Below are positions 10,940-21,654 of a DNA stretch of 25,142 nt, piece after piece. The translations under genes and the position numbers were made by a program. A model generated the notes under the pieces. It worked only from the letters and a program-made list of their open reading frames with translations, had not been told where the DNA came from and did not search any database. This DNA comes from Catajapyx aquilonaris (taxonomy: Eukaryota): assembly GCA_000934665.2 (NCBI GenBank), contig KZ538176.1, positions 248,001-273,142 of the forward strand, read 5' to 3'. Numbering within the stretch: the stretch's first letter is position 1; the number at the start of each line of letters is the position of its first letter.

Positions 10940-13900
10940 ATGGGCGACAGTCGTAAGTAGTTTTGCTCTGATTTTTATGTTTTGGGGCCATGGGGCCAAG
11001 GGCGGAGGCGGGGGCTAGGGGCGGGATGTGGGGCGTAGGCTGGGGCGAAAGAAGCAAGTGGGGTTTGGAGCCGGGGGCGGGCAGCAGGGGCCGGGACAGG
11101 AAGCTAGGCCTGGGGGGATCCGGTGGCGTGCTCTTTGTTCGACGACGCCCCGATTTTTGTGGACGGAATGCCGCGTTGAGGGAGAGGATTCGGGTCGAGA
11201 TATGGGGAGATGTCGGGATGTGGGCCTCGTTTGGTGACACTAGAAGTATGCATTGGGCAAGGAAAAGGCGCCAACTCATGCATAATGAATGGGGAATAAA
11301 AAGACAAGGGTTCGACTAGGGCTGGTGGAAGCTTCGCCAGTTCTCGGTTAATATGGGCAATTTTTGTATCTGCACCGTCTTGTGCAGCAGCCAGAAATAT
11401 GTTGTGGCTTTGCCAATCTGCATCTCATGGGTTGGAGGCCGTGATGGGTGGGTATTGCTCTACCCAGCACATCAGCATACTCAAATCATGGCAAAGGCTC
11501 ATTGAAGTAAGCCAAGGCCACTTCCACACAACGACCTTTCTGGCATATTTTAGGTTTTGGACTGTGGGATGCACTAGTCAATTTCCTAGTAAAATGAGGG
11601 GATATTTAGTAATACAGGTAGTCCCCAGTTTACAAACGACCTGACTTTACGGCAATCAATGCTTACGAACCCGGAAGGATAATTTGTAATATATTATCCT
11701 GCCGTTTTCAATCATTTCTGCATACATTTGAGCGACACCTAGTTCGACATAAATGCGTGTAATTGGAAAAGTACTTACGCTCATATAAACAAACACACAC
11801 AGCATAAGCGGTCGCTGCAGCAGCATCTTTGCGCTGTGTATATGAGCTGTTTCTTGGATATCCAAGTAGCGTACAAATCCGACTTTTGGACACTTTCAGG
11901 AACTTGACAGCGTTCATAGACCGGGTACTACCTGGGAGTGGATTCACGAAAGAGGGCAACTTTAGAGGGTGTACGTGATTTTCACTTTGTAACTCTATGC
12001 TGCCCTTACACCTTCGTATCTCTGGAGGTGTAAAGTGATTCACAAAGCGGCGCAGCACTCTGTGTAAGGAGGGCACAAGTGTAAAAGTCGCGTGTCATGT
12101 AACGGGGCTCGCTATTGGCTGCGTTGTTAGATGGCCACCCGAACCCAGCCATAACCCACCCTAGCGCCAACCTAGCAGAAGGCAAAGATACGAAGGGAAG
12201 GTGGGAAAGAGATGTGATCTTTGGTGGAATACCTGAAAATTGTGGGCACTCGGCTGAAATTAAAAAGGGAGACCAACTAGTTTATTGACAGATGGGGCTA
12301 GACTCTCAAGGCTGTTGCCATGTCGGATTGTCTGGGGGCAACCCGGACTTGCGGACACGTTCCCCGATTCCCATTCCTTACCTGAGCTAACCAAATAAGC
12401 TAAGGGCAGTCAGGCAAAGGTGGCCGAAACTGTTGCTTTGTCTGTGCCGAGGGGTCAATCACTCTGATGTTGAGCGTACAACGGACTTGCAAAAAGCCGG
12501 GCTTGGTGCTTACCGTACAACGGACTTGACGAGTGATTTACCCCTCGTTGTTGTGTCAGATAGATTTTACGCAGTGAGTAAGCCTGCCCATGGCCGGCAT
12601 GTAACGGGGGGTCCACATGCGATCCCGGATTATTGGGGGGGAAAGCTGGGTGAGGTGTACCTTCGACTTCTAGCTCTGGTCAGAATAGGGGCCAGACGTT
12701 GGCCATGTCACTTCTCCCACTTACACCTCCTCCCAAGCAGGCGTAGAGATCCGCCTGGTTAAGTAGTTGCGCTGCTTTGTGAGTCCAACTCGGAGCGCCA
12801 CCCCTCTGGCAGCGAAAAAGTGAACTGAACTTGCAACGGTGTATGTATTTGAGCTCTTTTGTGAATCCACCCCCTGTACTGTGTCAATGAGACATTTATC
12901 TGGGAAATTCTGTAACAAGGAGCAACTCCCATTAGAGATGTTTCACTGCGTTACCAGGCGAGATGACTTGTGATTGTGCTTGAAAATATCTGAGGATTGT
13001 CATAATGAAGAATTAAATTCCAGTGTTGAACCAAAAGAAGCCTGGTCCCTCTTTTGATTTTTCAAGGGGACCAGACCTCCCATGCCAACCCTCCATGTGC
13101 AACAATGATTTTGCACAGTCCAAATCTTTTAAAAACTGAATAGGATTGCAAGCCACAACCTCCACCAGCATGTGAGTCAGAGACTCTTATCTGTGCATAC
13201 AAGCACGTAACCCAGAATTCTCGGTTTTGCGAATCATCCAGATGTAAAAAGCAAGTGTTGGCACTAAGTGAGATTTTACGCCATCTGGATTGAAAGGAAT
13301 TTACCGCTTAACTCCTAGTGACGAATGGGGTGTTTGATGATGTGGCGAATTACCTTATGAGAATCTAGAGTGCTGATTTGCATTGTTGGAATTGAAAGGT
13401 GGGGTGGGGACAATGGCAAAAAATCAATGGTGCAGGGTGAATATGAAGTGAATAGTGATAGCAAATGGAGGAATGTAGACTATGGAAAAAAAAAACTGCA
13501 CAATTGCATTCCTGGGATGCTTCACATTCTGTAACTATTCAATTGACAAGTCACTCCATGACCAGTGATGAATGGATTTAGTGCCTTGAAAGAATTTGTC
13601 AAATTGAATAGGAAATTTCTATTGAATGACACATAGAACAAGGGTTGAAGTCAATGGGAATAAATTTTTGCGTCATTGGTTGCTTCCTGGATGTTGTAAA
13701 TCATGCAGGTCACAAATTTGCAAATGTGATATGAACACATGCTGCGAGCCGCCTATGATTTAAGACTTAATCAATATATTTGTGTTTTCCAATTAGAGTA
13801 CAACAGTTACGGTACCAGCGCTGGTGGTTACGGGAGTTACTCTGGCTACTCCCAGCCTGCCCCAGCAAGCGGAAATAACAACTCTGGAAGCTACAGCTCT

Positions 13901-16900
13901 GGTAACAGCGGCGGCTATGACCAGAGCAGCAGCGGTTACAGCCAACCTAGCTCCTGGGGAGGTCAGCAGAGTTACAGCAACTACAGCTCGACCACTGAGC
14001 CGCCATCAGGGGGTTATGGAGGGCAAAGCCAGTCCAGCTATGGGAGCTCACAGAGTGAGTTGCTTTATGGTCTGCCAGTACTTACTGCACCAACTTTTGA
14101 GGGTTGAATAGGTCAGGCTTCAATATCGTGCATAATTGTGGCACCCTTATAGCTCATTATTGAGGTCATCCCGTAGGCATGAGGTTTTTGTTTGAGACAG
14201 AATTTTAGGTATGGAATGTAGGCAGGATTATATATATGCAGCTGTTGAGAAAATTGAACAAGTTGGCCTTTGAAGGGACACTGAACTCCTTTGAAAGTTG
14301 GGCTATAAAATACAAGCAATAGGTCTTGTTTACAAGGGTGCAATTCATTTTTGACAAACCAAAATGCCAAACCCAGGCCAGGATGTCAAAACCAGCCAGA
14401 AAGCCACTGACTGGTAGATAGTGGTGCTGCCATGCATGAACTGATGGGAAAGAGAGAAGTGGTTCATTTGGAATTATTGACTCTCCTGTGTTGTTCCTGG
14501 GAGATCAGTTGCGAGTTACTTACCCTGCCCTTCTGGACATGCTTTTCCAGCTAATAACATGTCTGGTTCTGGACATTACTTTTGCATGCTGATCTTCCCT
14601 GTATTGGATGAAATTGTGTCGCTGGCGATGCAGATTTCTTGACCTCTCCTGTTGACCTTACCTTAGTTCTGAGAAAAACTAATTGCACCCTCAGAGTAAG
14701 ACTTGTTTGCTGATTTTTAGAGCTCAATTTGCAATTAGAGCGTAGTGCCCTTTCACACCAGCAATTTTGATGGCAGTTCAGTTTGCATGAATTTACACCC
14801 TTGAAAGTTGGCCAGAAGTTGGATAGGTGGGAACCCCCATAAGGAGAATTGCCATTCTCCATGGGACTACTTGTTTTTGCAGGAAGGGAGGATAGGCAGG
14901 GGGAGAAAAAAGTACACTTTGGGACATGAGGGTTGCGACTGGCAGACACGAGTTTCATTTGGAAGCCAGATTAACGTGGGCACTCCTGTGCTTACAGGCA
15001 CGAGCTACCCATCTTACGACCAGTCTAGCTATGGCAGCAACCAGAACCAAGGCTACCAGCAGAGCTACCAGAGTCCTTCCTCATACGACCAGGGGAACAA
15101 CACACAGTATTCTGGCTACGGGCAGCAGTCCAACTATAGCCAACCGAACAGCTACGGGGGGCAGCAGAGTAGCTATGGGGGGCAGAGCTACGGAGGTACG
15201 GATGGTGCGCACAAAACAATTTTTACATCTTATTTTGTTTGTAGCGTAACTCCTGGAGCAAAATTGGTGACACGACCTGTTTGCTTGTGGCAAAATTCCA
15301 TTGCGATAAATGAAAAATTGCCATAGAGGGAGTAGGTTTCACCGTGTATTTTGTTCCCATGGTAATTGAATCTTAGCGATTGCTTTTGAGGGTGGCTTGG
15401 CTGTGTCCTCAAAAAAATCCCCTTTCTCTTGCGATTGCAGGTCCTCCCAGTAGCGGGTACGGCGGTGGTGTAGGCAGGGGCGGATACAAGTGAGTTGCTG
15501 TTTTCTATTTTAATAGCCAAGTGGCTGATAGTACTGTTGATAGTTTCTGATAGTATACTACACTCTAAGAGAGTGAGTCAAAACGCAGTGTGCCACTTTT
15601 GGAAAGAGAACGAACGTCGTAGCTGGTTCAGTGAATAGAGTCTTGCTTGGATACAAGTCCTAAGTAATCTTAAGTTTCTGTTATCCCAATTTTTTTGGTT
15701 GACAAATAGCGAGCCTAGTAGATTTTGGTATTGTTCTGTATTAGGCTTGGTAAACTAATTTCAAGTAGCACCGAGTATGGAATTTGCTTTATTCAATTAG
15801 CTTGGTCTTGAAAAATTCTACTCAATGACATGATCTGCACATAAATTTTAACTCTACTGTACTTGTCATCTTTTTTCTCTTTAAGTCTTTCCAACAGGTT
15901 TCAAGTTGTGTGCAAACACATTCCATGTAATTATTTTTCTCCATTATCACGACATATGACGAGTACACTGTGCATAGAACGGGGAAGATTCAGAAGGGAT
16001 GATGGTTACTGAATGGTGTGGTGGTCATGTCTCTGAATTTTGAGAACTGGAATTGTGACCAAAATGAGCAGATAAAAGTGCACAGGTGGTGGTTTCATCT
16101 GGGTATTAACATTTTACACAGAGGAAAACAGATATCCAACCATATTATCTATATTCATTAGGTACGGAGTGTCCCTTGGCGGGAATGTCAAGGTTAAGGG
16201 AGATTTTACGAAGGTTGAATTTTGTTTTACTACATATTTTGGTAACGTTTTAGAAAGTAAGGGTCGAGTGGTTCGAGATGAATTATTTTGGTGCACAGCT
16301 CATAAAGAGTTAGAATAACTTGCAATATAGAAGAGTGGTTTATCAACTGGAGTGTGTAGACATTCTGGGGTTATTTTCCAAAAATATGTGAGTGGTAAAC
16401 ATGGTGTGTTGTGTCTGAAATTTTCAAAACAAAACCCAGGAACCAATCAAAAAGGGAAGGTTTGGTGTGTGTGGTGGTGGAAACTGTAGGCTAAAAAGCA
16501 AAAAAAGAAAGAAAATGGAAAATGAGGAGGGTTCTACTGCACAGTCATCACCAGGTCTAGACAACATTTTTCTGACTCTGACTAATCCTTAGCTCCCATG
16601 CACCATTATTTTGACTGTTTGACTGCTTTGACGTTACAGACTGTAATATACATCGTTGTTCTCCTTTCCCTTGCCCATTGACTGGACGAAAGTGTGAGAT
16701 GTAAGAGGAGTGTGATCTAGGTTTCCTAGCCAAGAAAAGGGACTCCACCCACACATGCACCCAGAAGGGAGTGAGGATGAGCAAATGGGTGAGCATGAGT
16801 AAACCGGATAAGTCGGGGTTGAAGGTGCTGGAAGGATTGTTAATACCGCTTGTAAAATTGGGTTCTCTGAATTGTCCGTTGACCTTAATATTAATTGCAA

Positions 16901-19900
16901 CTAATTATTATGTAAAATGTAGAGCCATTAAGGCAGCACTTTCGCTAAATAGTTCTTCAAATCTCGTAGGAGGGAACATGAGTTTTGTCAGACAACTGCA
17001 CCCGACTTATTTGTGTTGTTGGAGTGAATGAGAGTGTGAATGTAAACATATCCTGTGGTGGTGAGTCAAGGCCCACCCCCTCCTCCCAAGTAGAAGAACT
17101 GTCAAGACCTGAAGTCGCCCTGGGGAAGAGGGACAGGGAGAGAGAGAGGGACAGAGAGAGTTACTCATTACCTGTTTTATGCTTCCGTTCTAGCAGTGGC
17201 GGCAAGGGTGGTTTTGGCAAAGGTAACAGCACCCGTGGTTTCGCACCCGGTGCTTTTCAATTCTTTTCGGTTTTTACGGGCTGGTCACAAACCATCTTTT
17301 CTCTTGGTCGTCATCTCCTTTCCCCCTCCAATCACATACCCTTTTCCATTCAGTCTTAGCCACTGCTTGCGTAGTTGACAGTGACAACCAACCTTGGCAA
17401 GTAGAATTAATATTGAATTACAGAAAAATGAAAGTAGCAGCTTAATTTTGAACTGATCTTCCATAAATAATTGTTAGCAGGTCAATAATTCTAGCTATTT
17501 CTTTTTTGTGAAGGAAATTTTGTATCTGACATTGTCACTGTCAGCTTTGGCTGTGGGATAAAAGGGTCTGACCGTAAAATGGGGATATTGGATCAGTGGT
17601 TGCTTTGTCCGACCCACAAAATGGGGCAGCCAAGTACATGTTCACGTAAGCAGAGGCATTCCTCTATGTCACGTCTGTCCCCTAATCCTTGACTTGTCAA
17701 TCAGGGCTGCTGTCCTTCATTGTTGTCCTGCAGGATGGGAATGTTTTTTAGTTGGCACTCTTCTGTTACTTGTGGGGCACTTCAAATAGACACGTTCCCA
17801 GGACAATGTTGGGTTACTTCTTGTGCCAAGTGCATGCATTTTAAATCGTCTCTCAGACTTGCTGTATGTCTCCTGTTATGTTTTTTTTTGGAACAACCTT
17901 TTTTTTACGAAGAGGAGGAGGTAAGTGGACAGCAGCCTTGACTTGGCTTTGTACCTGGGGAAAGCCCACAGCTTGTCAGTGATCGTTTTAAGTCATTGCC
18001 GTATGCTTAAGAGTGTGTACGCCACCATAAGCCCATTTTTTTGAACATACAGAAAGTTAGGGGTATGTTTCTCTTATCGATACAAACTTAAGGTAAAACT
18101 GCCAAGTGGATGGGTTGTGTGCCATGTGTTTTCAACAACACACACTACGGAAAAGGAAAACAACAAACGTAACAAACCCCATGGTCATCCAACTCTGCTG
18201 TCAGTTCCGCTGTGCTCACTTGCAAATTTGACGTAACTGTAAATGATGCGGAGCTGCAGCAGAATACAAAACTGTGAAGTATCTTGGGTTGTACATTAAA
18301 AAATGTGATGGTAATAAAGGTTGTTAGGTGTGAAGACCAGGTCTGGTGGGTGATGCCGAAGGTTGGAAGGTGAATTAACGAGCAATGCTACGTTTGCAGG
18401 GGAGTGATGGAAGCGTCTTTAAGTAAACCAGGTGGATGTGATTCAATGGCTTCCATAACCAGGAGTAGCAGAGTGGCCGAAGGAAGAGATTGCAGCATGA
18501 TTGTTGTATTGTTTGGAAAAGTGATGTACTCCTGTCTAGCATATAACACCCTGCAATGTAAATGACCTGGGGTTTTGGTACAGAGGTTTTTTGCGGCACA
18601 TCCTTTCTGTTACTTTTCTGAACTGGTGACTCAGTGGGTACATAGCTGGTCCATGTTCTGAGTATGGTCTTTTGGTGGATTCCATTCGCCGGGCAGAGGT
18701 TTACATGTGTACACGTTTTCTCACGGTGTATTCATTGCATGCTATTGATCAGTTTGATGACAAAAAGAAATCAGTATTAGGGTTTTTTGGTCTGTGGATT
18801 GGGTGGGGAAGTGTTGAATGAGTAGGGGTCAAAGAAAACGAGTCTTTAGTTGTGTTTGTTAAAGCAGCAATGGTCATGCTATCTCCCAACTTGTTAAACA
18901 GTAGCTTGAAGTGATTGATTGATTGTCCAAAGGAGTTAACCTGATCATTGTTGAGGGTTGTGATCATGTGTATAGCAGGTGCAGTGCCTTAAATTTTGTT
19001 TCTGTAATGTAGGAGGCTATGGAGGCCCCGGGGGTGACGAGTACACTGTCATGGAGGACACCATTTTTGTCACTGGCCTGCCACAGACTGTCAACGAGAC
19101 TGACTTGGGATCATTCTTCGGATCCATTGGGATCATAAAGGCAAGCCCCCTCAGCCTGTATACTCCCTTGTGTGAATGCTCACCGCCAGTTTATGAACTG
19201 TCTTACTTCCCCTTGGTTTTTCACTTGGCACTGCTTTCGCTTTCATTACCAAGTTTTGTAGGAGGTATTCTTATGGTGGGTTCGGGGCCATTTACTCGGA
19301 TTAATTAGAACACCATTGGTGTGGATGACACCCCCTTGCAGAACGACAAGAAGACCGGCAAGCCTCGTATCTGGATCTACAAGGATAAGACCACCGGGAA
19401 GCCAAAGGGGGAGGCCACTGTGACTTACGACGATCCTAATGCCGCCAAGTCTGCCATCTCCTGGTTCCATGGTGGGCTCAGTTTCTATCTAGCAGCAGTT
19501 AGCTAATGACTCTTGAGTAATGTATTTTCGTTGTTGTTGAGCAGAGAAGGAGTTCCAGGGATGCATTATAAAAGTGCAGATGGCAACACAGAAGAACAAC
19601 TTTATGGGTGGCAGAGGTGGAATGAGGGGTGGCATGGGAAGAGGAGCACCCCGTGGTGGCGGCGGCGGCGGAGGGGGTGGTGGTGGGGGCGGGGGCGGAA
19701 GAGGTGGCGGCGGCGGTGGTGGATTTGGTCGAGATGGTGATTGGAAGTGCCCCAATGAGACCTGCGGCAACACTAATTTCTCCTGGCGCACCGCCTGCAA
19801 TCGTTGTGGCCTCGCTCGCCCAGAGGGTGAAGGCGGCGGCGGAGGAGGAGGAGGAATGGGGGGAGACTCTGATTTTGGTGAGTTGAAGGCTGGTACAGCA

Positions 19901-20314
19901 GCAGAATCAGAACTTAGGTATTGACAACTGGCAAGAATATCATCAATGACATGCTAGTTAGTCGATATCTAAGTTCCATTATGAGGCTTGTTAGTTTTAT
20001 TTCACAACAATTAGATGACATTGCAGGTGGTGGGATGAGAGGCCGCGGAGGTCGAGGTGGAATGGGAGGCGACCGTGGAGGCATGCGTGGAAGGGGTGGT
20101 GGAGATCGTGGGCGTGGAGGATTCCGTGGGCGTGGAGGTCCAATGGGAGGTGGAGACCGCGGCGGTGGTCGTGGCAGAGGAGGACCCATGAGGGCTGGAG
20201 GGTATGCATCTCACTGGGATTGTGTTTACCTGTTTTTGAAGATGTGTACTTATTAATATTTTGTGCCCATTGCTTTGCAGAGACCGCGGGAGGGACAGGC
20301 CGAAGCCCTATTAG
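10940..20314 (+). CDS. caz: FET-family RNA-binding protein (cabeza / FUS / EWSR1 / TAF15-like), 448 aa
   Basis: Exons 10940-10952, 13797-14054, 14998-15195, 15441-15489, 17194-17222, 19013-19140, 19342-19471, 19545-19877, 20027-20201, 20281-20314; 1347 nt, in frame. Domains in order: QGSY-rich prion-like N-terminus; RRM ([54 protein letters not shown]); RGG; RanBP2 zinc finger ([24 protein letters not shown]); RGG; PY-NLS end ([10 protein letters not shown]). Confidence 0.93.
11615..11934. mobile_element. Tigger/pogo-like MITE (FET intron 1)
   Basis: Left end TA|CAGGTAGTCCCCAGTTTACAAAC. Right end GTTCATAGACCGGGTACTACCTG is an imperfect reverse complement. Its right-hand TA TSD appears displaced to 12877-12878 by a second insertion. 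Confidence 0.75.
11935..12873. mobile_element. PIF/Harbinger-like non-autonomous element with CTG target-site duplication
   Basis: TIRs GGAGTGGATTCACGAAAGAG (11935-11954) and CTCTTTTGTGAATCCACCCC (12854-12873), 18/20 match. Flanked by CTG at 11932-11934 and 12874-12876. Subterminal inverted motif TCACAAAGCGGCGCA (~12040) pairs with TGCGCTGCTTTGTGA (~12768). No transposase ORF recognised; superfamily assignment is an inference from the 3-bp TSD and G-rich TIR. Confidence 0.7.
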
Positions 20315-20609
20315 TGGGCGACTTCATATGTCCACCTGGTGGGAGGGGGCCCACACTTAGGATTTATATCTTCTGTTCTGGTACAGATACCCCCCAACTC
20401 ACTTCCCATTTGTGTACAAAAGTGGCTCCGGCCATTTGCCTTGCAATTTGTTAGTTTTTTTTTCCCCCTCCCGCCCCCCCATCTTCTCTCATGGCATGAG
20501 TGAGTTGAGTATTGAAACGTGCAGAGGTTTTTGTGAGGACCAAGTTTTTTTTAATTTTTTTTCTTTGTGTAGCTCCTGCCTTTTATGATGTATAAGGTAG
20601 TGTTTGGTA

Positions 20610-20615
20610 AATAAA
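20610..20615 (+). terminator. Candidate poly(A) signal of the FET gene
   Basis: AATAAA ~295 nt after the stop, with TGTA motifs upstream and T/GT-rich sequence downstream. Confidence 0.55.
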
Positions 20616-21099
20616 TGTGACATGAATTCTGAGATTTTCTTTAGTGCATGCATTTGTATTTCAGATGTAAGCGACCAACGACACGGGATGTTGCAGGGTG
20701 CAATAAGTGTAGGCTACTGTAATGGATTCAGAAGTTTCTTAATGCCACTTTAACTAAGTACAATGAACAGGATTTATTTTTAAAGTGAATCCACAGCAAT
20801 TTGTAAAAATGGGCTTATCCCGAGTTTCATAATAATTAGTGTTGCATTTTGTGTATTAAATGTATACATTGGACATGCTGAGCAGATGCTGAGTATTTCC
20901 CACCGTGATGGGAGGCAGGCATGTGAAAGCCAGCTGTCATGGCCTATGGGAAATACAGTCGGAGCTGAGGCCGTTCAACAACCTCCGTAAGAAATGATGT
21001 ATAGACGCCATGGGTCAATCGCCCCGTGTGAACTCGATTGACCTTTCCTCATCCCGAATATTTTGATTCAAACAATCCGGACGATATTTACTACAATTA

Positions 21100-21654
21100 T
21101 TCGCAAATAAATTCCAACCGGATCCGTCCGCGAGATACAGTACCCGGACACTTGGCAACACCGCACTGCGACCTTCACCCTAACCACGCTTTTAACCGCA
21201 TTTATCCCGGATCATCCAACCACCGCTGGCCCAGCAACACCCCCGAATCCGGATCCAGATTCCAGTCCCAATCTCCGTATTCTCCTCCCGTGCTGTGCGG
21301 TGCGAGGTGCGGTGCAAGCCCCTCCTGCCGCCTGAACCCCGGGTGGTGGGCGCCCCTGTGAGCGGGCCTTCCCAGAAGGCGTCGCGTCGGGCAACATTGG
21401 CCGCACGTGGTAGCCCTACGCCGCTGCTCTCGCCTCTCGCCTCTCTCTCTCCTCTCTCCCCTCTCGTTCCCCCCCTGCACATGCCGAGATTATCCGGACG
21501 CGATCCCCGCCGCATCATCATCGGTGTACATGCTGCCAGACGCCAACGGACCACGCACGGGACTAGCTGCACTACCAGCAGGAAGAGGAGGCATCACCTC
21601 TTGTACGTCTGTGGCACACCCGCCGGCCATCGGATAAGGAGGCTGCTCGATTGG
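21100..21654 (+). promoter_or_regulatory. Probable promoter and first (likely 5'-UTR) exon of a downstream unidentified gene
   Basis: CpG-rich island, (CT)n tract at ~21440-21465 and donor-like TGG|GTGAGC at 21655. G-run-rich sequence follows, the same pattern seen after the FET first exon. No recognisable protein. Confidence 0.35.

Noticed and set aside
10198..11319. Several 100-150 aa ORFs around the bidirectional promoter
   Set aside because: Expected in GC-rich promoter/first-intron DNA; they cross real splice sites and resemble no known protein.
13564..13640. C-box-like GTGATGA as a possible intronic snoRNA
   Set aside because: No suitably placed CTGA D box with a terminal stem.
19489..20214. 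Pro-rich and His-rich minus-strand ORFs
   Set aside because: Antisense shadows of the Gly/RGG-rich FET exons.
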